NCBI GenBank assembly: GCA_902519695.1 | Contig: CABYKN010000001.1 | Span: forward strand, 87,129 to 151,128 | Source: an uncultured Pelagibacteraceae bacterium | GTDB taxonomy: Bacteria; Pseudomonadota; Alphaproteobacteria; Pelagibacterales; Pelagibacteraceae | DNA length: 64,000 nucleotides | Direction: 5' to 3' | Part shown: positions 37,690-47,228 of the stretch, one piece after another | Position numbering within the stretch: the stretch's first letter is position 1 | Layout: every line of letters starts with the position of its first letter | The notes under the pieces: model-generated | What the model saw: the letters and a program-made list of their open reading frames with translations, nothing else | What the model was told of the DNA's origin: nothing | The model's database searches: none | Translations under genes and position numbers: made by a program

Positions 37690-39627
37690 ATGAACAAAAT
37701 ATTGTCTCAGGCAATCAGGAAGGCTGTCTCTGATTATAAACCGGCGGAAAAAATCAGCAATAATGACAAAAGACCAGACTTATTTTCACTAAATAATAAC
37801 ACAGAGTTGTTTCAAAATTCTAAAGGGATAACTATCAAAATAGATAGATCTAGAGATAATAATTTAACAGATTTTGGAAGAGCAACACTAAGCGACAGAT
37901 ACCTTGGAGAAAACGAGTCTTTTCAAGATTTATTTGCAAGAGTTGCAAGTCATTATGCAGATGACAACTTGCACGCGCAAAGACTATACAACTACATAAG
38001 TAATTTATGGTTTATGCCTGCAACACCAGTTTTATCAAATGGTGGAACAAAAAGAGGTTTACCAATTTCTTGTTTCTTGAATGAAGCAGGTGATAGCTTA
38101 ACTGGAATATTAGATCTATGGAGTGAAAATGTTTGGTTGGCTGCCAAAGGAGGAGGTATTGGAAGTTATTGGGGCAACCTAAGATCTATTGGAGAAAAAA
38201 TTGGAAGAGTTGGAAAAACTTCAGGCATTATTCCTTTTATAAAAGTTATGGACTCTTTGACAATGGCGATCAGTCAAGGTTCTTTAAGAAGAGGATCAGC
38301 AGCTTGTTATCTTCCAATTGATCATCCGGAGATAGAAGAATTTATTGAAATGAGAAGACCAACAGGTGGTGATCCAAATAGAAGATCATTAAATTTACAC
38401 CACGGTGTTTTAGTTTCAGATGCATTTATGAGAGCCGTAGAGCTAGATGAACAATGGGCATTAAAAAGTCCAAAAGATCAATCAGTACAAGCTACTGTTT
38501 CTGCAAGAAATTTATGGATTAGATTATTAACTGCAAGAATTGAAACTGGAGAACCTTATATTGTTTTCATTGATACAGTTAATAGAATGATACCTCAACA
38601 TCATAAGCTTGCTGGTTTAACTGTTAAGACATCTAACTTGTGTAGTGAAATAACTTTACCAACAGGAATTGATAAAGAGGGTAGAGATAGAACGGCAGTA
38701 TGTTGTTTATCATCTTTAAATTTAGAAACTTATGATGAATGGAAAGACGATGAAAACTTTGTTCCAGACGTAATGAGATTTTTAGATAATGTATTAACGG
38801 ACTTTACTGAAAAAGCACCTGAGTCATTTAGTGATGCAGTTTATTCAGCATTGAAAGAAAGAAGTGTTGGTCTAGGTGTTATGGGACTTCATTCATTCTT
38901 TCAACAAAAAATGATTCCTTTTGAGTCAGTGATGAGTAAAGTTTGGAATAAAAAAATATTTGAAAGCATTCAAAAACAAGTTGATCAAGCTTCAAAAGAT
39001 TTGGCCGATGAAAGAGGTGCATGTCCAGATGCTGCTGATTATGGAATTAATGAAAGATTTTCAAATAAAACTGCAATAGCTCCTACTGCTTCAATTTCAA
39101 TTATTTGTGGAGGAACTTCTCCAGGAGTTGAACCTATTGCAGCAAATAGTTATACACATAAAACTTTGTCTGGATCATTTAATGTTAGAAATAAATATCT
39201 AAGTAAATTATTAGAGAAACACGGTAAAAATGACGATGAAACATGGTCAAGTATCACAACTAATCAAGGTTCGGTTTCTCATCTTGATTTTCTAAACCAA
39301 CAAGAAAAAGACGTATTTAAAACTGCTTTTGAACTAGACCAGAAATGGATTGTAGAGTTAGGTGCAGATAGAACACCTCATATTTCACAAGCACAGTCAA
39401 TAAATATATTTATACCTGCAGATATTCATAAAAGGGACTTACACCAAATCCATTTCCAAGCTTGGAAAAAAGGATTGAAGAGCCTTTATTACTGCAGATC
39501 TAAATCAATACAAAGAGCGGAAAACGTAAACGATGCAAATTCTACAGATGTAACTGCAAATGTTTACAAATCTAAGAAACAAGAAAATCAACAACCAGAA
39601 TATGAGGAGTGTTTATCATGTCAGTAG
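37690..39627 (+). CDS. nrdA: Class I ribonucleotide reductase alpha subunit (no obvious ATP cone)
   Basis: PATPVLSN, PISCF, SNLCSEI, AIAPTAS, KSLYY, C-terminal CLSCQ. Confidence 0.95.
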   Translation: MNKILSQAIRKAVSDYKPAEKISNNDKRPDLFSLNNNTELFQNSKGITIKIDRSRDNNLTDFGRATLSDRYLGENESFQDLFARVASHYADDNLHAQRLYNYISNLWFMPATPVLSNGGTKRGLPISCFLNEAGDSLTGILDLWSENVWLAAKGGGIGSYWGNLRSIGEKIGRVGKTSGIIPFIKVMDSLTMAISQGSLRRGSAACYLPIDHPEIEEFIEMRRPTGGDPNRRSLNLHHGVLVSDAFMRAVELDEQWALKSPKDQSVQATVSARNLWIRLLTARIETGEPYIVFIDTVNRMIPQHHKLAGLTVKTSNLCSEITLPTGIDKEGRDRTAVCCLSSLNLETYDEWKDDENFVPDVMRFLDNVLTDFTEKAPESFSDAVYSALKERSVGLGVMGLHSFFQQKMIPFESVMSKVWNKKIFESIQKQVDQASKDLADERGACPDAADYGINERFSNKTAIAPTASISIICGGTSPGVEPIAANSYTHKTLSGSFNVRNKYLSKLLEKHGKNDDETWSSITTNQGSVSHLDFLNQQEKDVFKTAFELDQKWIVELGADRTPHISQAQSINIFIPADIHKRDLHQIHFQAWKKGLKSLYYCRSKSIQRAENVNDANSTDVTANVYKSKKQENQQPEYEECLSCQ

Positions 39628-40631
39628 AAAATCTAAAAGATACAAAACAAAAAATTATAGAGCCAAAAAAAATGGGTCTGTTAGTTGAGAACCCAGTTTA
39701 TAAACCATTCAGATATCCATGGTGTTATGATGCTTGGTTAACTCAACAAAGAATTCATTGGTTACCAGAGGAAGTTCCACTTGGTGATGATGTTAGAGAT
39801 TGGCAAAAAAATCTTTCTGAGTCAGAAAAAAACTTACTAACTCAAATTTTCAGATTTTTTACACAAGCAGATGTTGAAGTTAATAACTGTTATTTAAGAC
39901 ATTATACAACTGTATTTAAACCAACAGAAGTTTTAATGATGATGACTGCATTTGCTTCAATGGAGACAGTTCATGTAGCAGCCTATTCCCATCTATTAGA
40001 TACAATTGGAATGCCAGAATCTGAATACTCTGCTTTTATGAAATACAAAGAGATGAAAGATAAATATGATTACATGCAAAACTTTAATGTAAACTCAAAA
40101 GAGGATATCGCAAAAACTGTTGCGGTATTTAGTGCCTTTACAGAAGGTCTTCAGTTATTTGCAAGTTTTGCAATTTTATTAAACTTTCCAAGACACAACA
40201 AACTTAAAGGAATGGGTCAGATAGTTACTTGGTCAGTAAGAGATGAAACTCTTCATTGTAATTCTATGATTAGAATTTTTAAAGAGTTCATTAAAGAAAA
40301 CCCTGAGATTTGGACTCCTAAACTTAAAAAAGAACTTTATGAAGCTTGCAGAACTATAATTGAACATGAAGATGCATTTATTGATCTGGCTTTTGAAATG
40401 GGTCCAATGCAAGGTTTAACTGCTCAAGAAGTTAAAGATTATATTAGGTTCATTGGTAATAGAAGATTAACTCAGTTAGGTCTTGAGCCAATATATGATG
40501 TTCAAAAAAATCCATTAACATGGTTAGACACTATGTTAAATGCAGTAGAGCATATGAACTTCTTTGAAGGTAGAGCCACTGAATATTCAAAAGCATCTAC
40601 ACAAGGTAATTGGATAGACGCTTTCTCCTAG
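39618..40631 (+). CDS. nrdB: Class I ribonucleotide reductase beta subunit
   Basis: HWLPEEV, FFTQAD, ETVH.AAYS, EG.QLF, RDETLH, NFFE.R.TEY; ATG 39618 after GAGGAG. Confidence 0.95.
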   Translation: MSVENLKDTKQKIIEPKKMGLLVENPVYKPFRYPWCYDAWLTQQRIHWLPEEVPLGDDVRDWQKNLSESEKNLLTQIFRFFTQADVEVNNCYLRHYTTVFKPTEVLMMMTAFASMETVHVAAYSHLLDTIGMPESEYSAFMKYKEMKDKYDYMQNFNVNSKEDIAKTVAVFSAFTEGLQLFASFAILLNFPRHNKLKGMGQIVTWSVRDETLHCNSMIRIFKEFIKENPEIWTPKLKKELYEACRTIIEHEDAFIDLAFEMGPMQGLTAQEVKDYIRFIGNRRLTQLGLEPIYDVQKNPLTWLDTMLNAVEHMNFFEGRATEYSKASTQGNWIDAFS

Positions 40632-40637
40632 GATTAA

Positions 40638-40886
40638 GTGATAGTAAGCCCCTGTATAAGTATTTGTAAAACTGATCCAGTATCGGGTCTTTGTTATGGA
40701 TGTGGAAGATCTGAAGAAGAAAAAAAAATCTGGAAAGATCCTGAAACAACTGATGACTGGAAGAACAATAATTTAAAAGAGATAGAATACAGACTTTCAG
40801 GTTGGCAATTAGAGAGCTTTAAAATGTCTTACAAAAACAAAATTGAAAAAGGTATTTCTTTGTATAAACAAAAACAATCTAAATAG
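40638..40886 (+). CDS. DUF1289 family small Cys protein
   Basis: SPCISIC.....GLCYGCGR..EE...W. Confidence 0.8.
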   Translation: MIVSPCISICKTDPVSGLCYGCGRSEEEKKIWKDPETTDDWKNNNLKEIEYRLSGWQLESFKMSYKNKIEKGISLYKQKQSK

Positions 40887-40918
40887 AATATATTTTATAA
40901 TTAAAGAAAATTAACTAA

Positions 40919-41581
40919 TTAAATTTTTTCTTTATCTTCATAATTTTCTTCTTCATTAGAAACTTTATTCTTCTTTGTGTTTAAAATATCAGCAAAACTA
41001 TGATTCACATCTCTATGTCCAGCTTCATCATCTCTAATAACCTTTACAACATCTTTCAATCTAGAATTTAATGGAAGATTCCAATAATTTATTGCTATCT
41101 CTGGAGCCTTAATATTTTCTATTTTACCCTCTTCTATTTCATTTAGGTACTCAGTGTAGCTTATGACGGCTTCTTCTTCAAAATACCCAACAATTCTATG
41201 AGCAGTCTTTTGTGAAATCAAATATATAAATAGATACATCAAAATAAATATAAATTGTGCAACCATTATAATTAATCTTTCTATAAATGTAGGTTTTGCA
41301 ATTTTAATAAAAGTCATTAAATGCATTCTTTCATTTGCAGCCTCATCAAGAAGAATTTTAATCCAGCCTTTGTCATCTTGCATTTTTCTTAAAGATTTTA
41401 AGTGAAGTAACATTCCAGCTACCATACCTGGAACAGCTGCTACAGTTTCTAAAACAACTGCTCTATGCCCATATTTTTTTTTAAAAAATGTATCAGCCAA
41501 GAATCTTAAAAATTTTGTGAATCCAAAAGCAATCTTATCACTTAAGTCTTGTGGTTTATGATGCCTATTTAAATTTTCCAT
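40919..41581 (-). CDS. aox: Alternative oxidase (ubiquinol oxidase, diiron)
   Basis: LETVAAVPGMV, EAANERMHL, GYFEEEA..SY, IA..YW, RDDEAGH. Confidence 0.95.
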   Translation of the reverse strand: MENLNRHHKPQDLSDKIAFGFTKFLRFLADTFFKKKYGHRAVVLETVAAVPGMVAGMLLHLKSLRKMQDDKGWIKILLDEAANERMHLMTFIKIAKPTFIERLIIMVAQFIFILMYLFIYLISQKTAHRIVGYFEEEAVISYTEYLNEIEEGKIENIKAPEIAINYWNLPLNSRLKDVVKVIRDDEAGHRDVNHSFADILNTKKNKVSNEEENYEDKEKI

Positions 41582-41614
41582 ACATAATATATGGCAATTA
41601 TTAATTATTTTTAA

Positions 41615-41670
41615 ATAGGTAAGTTAGACCTATAGTTTTAAAACTCTTATAGGTGTGGTCAAATAGACCT
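41615..41670. promoter_or_regulatory. Two related palindromic operator-like sites between aox and the second tct operon
   Basis: ATAGGT-AAGTTAG-ACCTAT (41615-33) and TGGTC-AAATA-GACCT (41656-70). Confidence 0.45.
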
Positions 41671-41725
41671 TGTATTAGGAAGGACACTTTGTTTATATCA
41701 ATATAACTTTACGAGAGGAAAAATA

Positions 41726-42697
41726 ATGAAAAAAACGTTAAATTTACTTCTTAGCGCTATTTTAGTTGTAACTTCATTTGTTGGATTAGGAAACGTGGCT
41801 ACTGCAGATGGTCATGGATTTCCATCTAAACCAATTGAAGTTGTTACTCACGCCGGTCTAGGTGGAGGAACTGATACAACAGCTAGAATGTTGTTAATAA
41901 GAACAAGAAAAAATCTAAAAAATAATGCATACATTACACCAAAAAAAGGTGATAGCGGAAACAAAGCTATGGCTTATGTAAAATCTAAGCCAAGAGATGG
42001 TCATACTGTTTTAGCAATTACTCCAACACATTTATTTAGAATGGCTAGGGGAGAAGCTGCATTAACAATCGATGATTTTGTTGGTGTTGCAAGAACTACA
42101 GTTGATCCAATTGTAATATTTGTAAATGCAAAAAGTCCTTACAAAACAATTGAGGATTTAATTAAAGCTGGTCAAAAAAGTCCAATTAAATATGGAGGAA
42201 CCAACGTAGGAAGTGTTGACCATATTTCAGGATTAATATTCGCAAGAGAAGCAAAAACAAAAATTGCTTTTGTACCATTCGAAGGTGGTGGAGCGATAAT
42301 GACTAGTTTAGTAGGAAATCAAATCGAAGCTGCTGGATTAAACCTAGACGAAGGTAAAGATCAATTAGATGCAGGTGAATTGAGAGTACTAGCAGTTATG
42401 TCAGATGAAAGAATGTCTGCATTACCAGATACACCAACTTTAAAAGAAAAAGGTATTAATGCATCTTTTGCTACAGTTAGAGGTGTTGTTGTGCTTAAAG
42501 GTACACCACAAAAAACTATTGATACTCTTGAAAAAGGATTCCTTAAAGCAATGAAACATCCAGTTTACCAAAACTATTTACAAGGTGCTGGTTTGGATGC
42601 ATCAAGTGTTGCAGGATCTAAAGCTTGGGATACTGAAATTAAATCTATTTACAAAGAAGCAAGAGCTGCTTTAGTAAGTTTAGGTTTAGCTAAATAA
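41726..42697 (+). CDS. tctC: Tripartite tricarboxylate transporter substrate-binding protein (Bug/TctC family)
   Basis: FPSKPIEVV....GGGTD..AR, DGHT, VPFEGGG, LPDTPTLKE.G. Confidence 0.88.
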   Translation: MKKTLNLLLSAILVVTSFVGLGNVATADGHGFPSKPIEVVTHAGLGGGTDTTARMLLIRTRKNLKNNAYITPKKGDSGNKAMAYVKSKPRDGHTVLAITPTHLFRMARGEAALTIDDFVGVARTTVDPIVIFVNAKSPYKTIEDLIKAGQKSPIKYGGTNVGSVDHISGLIFAREAKTKIAFVPFEGGGAIMTSLVGNQIEAAGLNLDEGKDQLDAGELRVLAVMSDERMSALPDTPTLKEKGINASFATVRGVVVLKGTPQKTIDTLEKGFLKAMKHPVYQNYLQGAGLDASSVAGSKAWDTEIKSIYKEARAALVSLGLAK

Positions 42698-42709
42698 TTT
42701 CAAATACTT

Positions 42710-42733
42710 AATGGGGGTTATACAACCCCCATT
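42710..42733 (+). terminator. Intercistronic stem-loop after the second tctC
   Basis: AATGGGGGTT-atac-AACCCCCATT perfect 10-bp stem. Confidence 0.65.
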
Positions 42734-42742
42734 TAAATCAAA

Positions 42743-43207
42743 ATGATAAAAGATATAAAAATTCTCAGTATAATTATAATTATATCAGTCGCACTATTTG
42801 CATATACATTTACATTTGATGAAGTTCCTGAAATTTTAGCTCAGGGAATGCAACCTACAATGATGCCAAGATTAATTTTTTCTTTAATAATTTTTTTATC
42901 TATATTTCAGTTAATTCAGAATAAAAATTTAAATTCCGATAAAAAAGAATTAATTCGAAGAAATGCCTTTGTAACATTTGGTTATACATTATTTATAGTT
43001 TTAATAGCAGATAAACTTGGATTTTTAATTTCTATATTTTTATTCACTTTAGTTACACCCATGTTATGGCAAAGGAAAGATTATATAAAAATCTTTTTTT
43101 ATTCTTTAACTATATCAATATTTGTTTTTGTTTTTTTTACACTTGTACTTCAACTAAAATTTCCTCAAGGGATATTAGAAGAATTTATAATTAGGAATTT
43201 TTATTAA
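42743..43207 (+). CDS. tctB: Tripartite tricarboxylate transporter small permease
   Basis: 4 TM, P..MPR, LGF, F...L...P.G. Confidence 0.8.
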   Translation: MIKDIKILSIIIIISVALFAYTFTFDEVPEILAQGMQPTMMPRLIFSLIIFLSIFQLIQNKNLNSDKKELIRRNAFVTFGYTLFIVLIADKLGFLISIFLFTLVTPMLWQRKDYIKIFFYSLTISIFVFVFFTLVLQLKFPQGILEEFIIRNFY

Positions 43208-44679
43208 TGGAAATTTTGTCAAATATCTCATTAATTTTGAATCCAACAACATTTGGTTTAATATTAGGATCTACAATCGTTGGAGTGTTGATAGGTGCTC
43301 TTCCTGGATTAAGCTCAGGAATGGCCATTGCATTGTTATTACCGTTCACAATATATTTAGAACCCAGTCAAGCAATTGCAGCTATGGCAGCATTATATTG
43401 TGGTGGTACATTTGGAGGATCAATCACAGCTATATTAATTAATGCACCTGGCGCTCCACCTGCTGCTGCAACAGCTTTTGATGGTTTTCCAATGGCTCAG
43501 AAGGGCCAGGCAGGTAAAGCTTTAGGGATGGCTGCAGTATCTAGTGTAGTTGGTGGAATTATTTCTTTGGCTGTTCTAATTATTTTTGCACCAACACTTG
43601 CAAGAATTGCATATAAATTTGGACCTCCTGAATATTTCGCATTGGCAATATTTGGATTATCAATGTTAGCTTCTATAAGCTCAAAGTCTCCAGTTAAAAA
43701 TCTTATAGGTGGCTTAATAGGTTTATTTGTTGCAACAATTGGAGTTCATCTTACAACTGGTATTTCAAGATTTACATTTGGGGTTGCTGAACTTTTTGAA
43801 GGGATAAGCTTTGTTCCTGTATTAATTGGTTTATTTGCAATGTCAGAGATATTAGTCCAAGCATCAAAAAGTGAATTACTTTTAGAAAGAATTAAGTTTT
43901 CAGCAATAAAACTTCCTTCAATTTCAGAATTTAAGAGTTGTGTTAAAACAATTTTAAGATCATCGGGCATAGGAACTTTTATAGGCATTCTTCCAGCTGA
44001 AGGCGGAACAGTTAGCGCAATGATTGGTTATAACGAGGCAAGAAGATGGTCAAAAAATAAAGATAACTTTGGAAAAGGAGAAATAGAAGGAGTTGCAGCT
44101 CCAGAGTCGGCTAATAATGCTGCTACCGGTGGTGCAATGATACCAACTCTTGCTTTAGGTATTCCAGGTTCAGCAACTACAGCAGTAATTCTTGGAGGAT
44201 TTCAAATTCATGGATTAAGAGCTGGACCATATTTGTTTGAACAGCAACCTGATCTGCTTTACACAATTTTTTATGGCATGCTTTTAGCAAACTTTATCTT
44301 TTTAATTTTTGGTTTACTTGGAGCTAAAATATTCTCAAGAATTTCGTTAATACCAAGGGGTTATTTATGGCCATCTGTATTTGTATTTTGTCTTGTTGGA
44401 TCTTATGGATTATCTCAATCTATGGTAGATGTTTACATAATGTTAATTTCAGGTGTTGTTGGATTTTTCTTAAGACGGTCAGGATTTTCTCCAGCACCAA
44501 TAATTATGGGAATTGTATTAGGCGAATTAGTGGAAAATTCATTAGCTCAATCAATCATAATATTTGACCAAAATATATTTATGTTTTTCACAAGGCCAAT
44601 TGTACTTGTATTTTTTACATTAACTTTTTTAAGTTTATTTTACAGACCTATTAAAAATCTAATAATGAAAGGAAAATAA
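43207..44679 (+). CDS. tctA: Tripartite tricarboxylate transporter large permease
   Basis: GALPGL, GGSITAILINAPG, FDGFPMA, APESANNA, LALGIPG. Confidence 0.92.
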   Translation: MEILSNISLILNPTTFGLILGSTIVGVLIGALPGLSSGMAIALLLPFTIYLEPSQAIAAMAALYCGGTFGGSITAILINAPGAPPAAATAFDGFPMAQKGQAGKALGMAAVSSVVGGIISLAVLIIFAPTLARIAYKFGPPEYFALAIFGLSMLASISSKSPVKNLIGGLIGLFVATIGVHLTTGISRFTFGVAELFEGISFVPVLIGLFAMSEILVQASKSELLLERIKFSAIKLPSISEFKSCVKTILRSSGIGTFIGILPAEGGTVSAMIGYNEARRWSKNKDNFGKGEIEGVAAPESANNAATGGAMIPTLALGIPGSATTAVILGGFQIHGLRAGPYLFEQQPDLLYTIFYGMLLANFIFLIFGLLGAKIFSRISLIPRGYLWPSVFVFCLVGSYGLSQSMVDVYIMLISGVVGFFLRRSGFSPAPIIMGIVLGELVENSLAQSIIIFDQNIFMFFTRPIVLVFFTLTFLSLFYRPIKNLIMKGK

Positions 44680-46103
44680 TGACTAAAGCTTTTACACCTA
44701 ATATTAAATCTAAAAGAGGAAAAGACTTAACAAAATACGTTGCTAACTTTGTTCACAAAACAAAATTTAAAAATATTCCAAAAGAAGTTGTTGAGTTAGC
44801 AAAAAAACATATTTTGGATGGTTTTGGTTTAGCATTATCAGGCTCTGTTGCAAGAACAGGTAATTACTTATTTGCACATATCAAAAAAAGTTCAGCAAAA
44901 GGGAAGGCAACAGTTATTGGTTCAAAAATGAAGGTTCCAACGCACTTTGCAGCTTTGGCAAATGGTGTAGGAATACATTCTGACGATTACGATGATACAC
45001 AATTAGCTGTAGCAAAAGATAGGGTTTATGGGTTATTAACACATCCTACTGCACCTTGCTTGCCAAGCGCTTTTGCGGAAGGTGAAGTAAATAAAATTAA
45101 TGGAAAAGATTTTTTAAACTCATATTTAATTGGTGTAGATGTAGAATGTAAAATATCTGAAGCCATGTCTCCGCGTCATTATCAACATGGTTTTCACTCA
45201 ACAGCAACCTGTGGAACTTTTGCTTCTGCTTCTGCTGCAGCTAAAATTAGAAAATATGATCATAACAAAATTTTAAGATCTTTAGGGATTGCGGCCTCTC
45301 TTAGCGCTGGATTAAGAGAAAATTTTGGAACAATGACAAAACCACTGCACGCAGGTAGAGCGGCAGAGAGTGGAGTGATAGCTTGTGATTTAGTAAGATA
45401 TGGTTGGTCTTCAACTGATAAAATTTTAGAATCTCCAAGAGGTTTCTTTCAAGCCCATGGAGGTGGATACGATATTAACTCTTTAAAAGGTAAACTTGGA
45501 AGACCATGGACATTTAAATCTCCAGGTATTTCTATTAAACCACATCCTTGTGGTTCTTTAACCCACCCTGGGATGACAAAGATGTTAGAGTTAATTAAAA
45601 AGTATGACATTAAGCCAGAACAAGTGGTTAAAGTTGATGTTGGCACAAACCATAACATGCAAAATGCTTTGATACATCATCGACCAAAAAATGAGTTTCA
45701 AGCTAAATTTAGTATGGAGTATTCTATGGCAATACTTTTAATTGATAGAAGAGCATACATTCCTGAATATCAAGATAAAAGAATTAATAAATCTGATGTC
45801 CAACAAATGCTTAAAAAAGTGAACTTTTATAAAAACAAAATAGCTGAGGCCGCGGGTTACGACAAAATGACAACTATAATAGATATCTCTTTAAAAAATG
45901 GCAAAAAGATATCTGGGAGAGGTGATTTTGGAAAAGGTAGTCCGGCAATACCAATGACTTACGACGAAGTTGCAGATAAGTTTCTAGGTTGTACAGAATT
46001 TGCTAAATGGCCTTTATCTAAATCTAAAAAAATTATTGAAACAGTAAGGAACTTAGAAAAAGTTAAGGATATTAGAATATTAGGAAAGTTATTATCAAAA
46101 TAG
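44679..46103 (+). CDS. MmgE/PrpD family protein of unknown substrate
   Basis: ANG...H.DDYDD, HP, HYQHGFHST, NFGTMTKPLHAG, KPHPC, KFS. Confidence 0.85.
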   Translation: MTKAFTPNIKSKRGKDLTKYVANFVHKTKFKNIPKEVVELAKKHILDGFGLALSGSVARTGNYLFAHIKKSSAKGKATVIGSKMKVPTHFAALANGVGIHSDDYDDTQLAVAKDRVYGLLTHPTAPCLPSAFAEGEVNKINGKDFLNSYLIGVDVECKISEAMSPRHYQHGFHSTATCGTFASASAAAKIRKYDHNKILRSLGIAASLSAGLRENFGTMTKPLHAGRAAESGVIACDLVRYGWSSTDKILESPRGFFQAHGGGYDINSLKGKLGRPWTFKSPGISIKPHPCGSLTHPGMTKMLELIKKYDIKPEQVVKVDVGTNHNMQNALIHHRPKNEFQAKFSMEYSMAILLIDRRAYIPEYQDKRINKSDVQQMLKKVNFYKNKIAEAAGYDKMTTIIDISLKNGKKISGRGDFGKGSPAIPMTYDEVADKFLGCTEFAKWPLSKSKKIIETVRNLEKVKDIRILGKLLSK

Positions 46104-47228
46104 TTATCTTTGATTTAAAAGCATAACTTTTCGATATTTGCTACCTTTGTATTTAGCTAATGGTCTAATTAATTTATTAGATGAATGTTGTTCCATTATA
46201 TGAGCTGACCAACCAGTAATCCTTGAAATTACAAATATAGGTGTGAAGAAATCTGTATCAAAACCCATTAAATGATAAGTAGGTCCCGTTGGATAATCTA
46301 CGTTTGGATGTATATTTTTTTTACTAATCATTACTCTTTCAACAATATCGTAAATCTTTAAAAACTTTTTATCTTTTTTAATTCTAGCAACTTTTTTGAA
46401 ATACTCTTTCATGGTTGGAACTCTAGAGTCTCCACTCTTATAAACTCTGTGCCCAAAACCCATCACAACCTCTTTTTTCTTTAATGCATTATTGATCCAT
46501 TTTAAAGCATTCTCAGGTTTTTTAATTTTATTCATCATATGCATGACCTCTTCATTTGCTCCACCATGTAATGGTCCTTTTAGACTAGCTATAGCACCTG
46601 TTATAGCACCATGAATGTCAGATAAACTACTTGTTATAGTTCTAGCTGTAAAAGTTGAAACATTAAAACTGTGCTCTGCGTATAAAATTAAAGATACATC
46701 AAAAGCTTTTACAATTTCTTTTTGAGGTACTTTTCCAAAACACATGTAGAAAAAGTTTTCTGCAAAAGTTAATTCTTTTTTTGGTTTAATAATCTTTTTA
46801 CCTTTTCGAATTCTATAAAACGCTGCTAAAGCAGTTGGAGTTTTGGCTAAAATTCTTAGAGCTTTTCTTGTATTTGCTTCCTGAGAATTATCTGTAGTTT
46901 CTTTATCTTCTAATCCCATTACACTAACTGCTGTTCTAGCAACATCCATGGGATGAGACTTTTTTGGCATGTGTTTGATTATTTCGTAAAGATTTTTTGA
47001 TAAATCTCTATGTCCTCTCTCAATTTTTTCAAATTGTCTTAGCTCAATACTATTTGGTAAATCACCTTTTAAAATAAGATATGCAGCTTCTTCAAATCTA
47101 CAAAATTCACACAGATCTTGAACGGCATAACCCCTATAGGTTAATGAGTTAATCTCAGGCATAACTTTAGAAACTTCTGTTTCATCAACAACAATTCCTA
47201 ATAAACCTTTTTTTACTTCTTCACTCAT
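46104..47228 (-). CDS. prpC: 2-methylcitrate synthase
   Basis: KKGL.G...D, YRGY, EHSFN.STF, GPLHGGANE, MGFGHRVY, PNVD; in prpDBC order. Confidence 0.88.
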   Translation of the reverse strand: MSEEVKKGLLGIVVDETEVSKVMPEINSLTYRGYAVQDLCEFCRFEEAAYLILKGDLPNSIELRQFEKIERGHRDLSKNLYEIIKHMPKKSHPMDVARTAVSVMGLEDKETTDNSQEANTRKALRILAKTPTALAAFYRIRKGKKIIKPKKELTFAENFFYMCFGKVPQKEIVKAFDVSLILYAEHSFNVSTFTARTITSSLSDIHGAITGAIASLKGPLHGGANEEVMHMMNKIKKPENALKWINNALKKKEVVMGFGHRVYKSGDSRVPTMKEYFKKVARIKKDKKFLKIYDIVERVMISKKNIHPNVDYPTGPTYHLMGFDTDFFTPIFVISRITGWSAHIMEQHSSNKLIRPLAKYKGSKYRKVMLLNQR

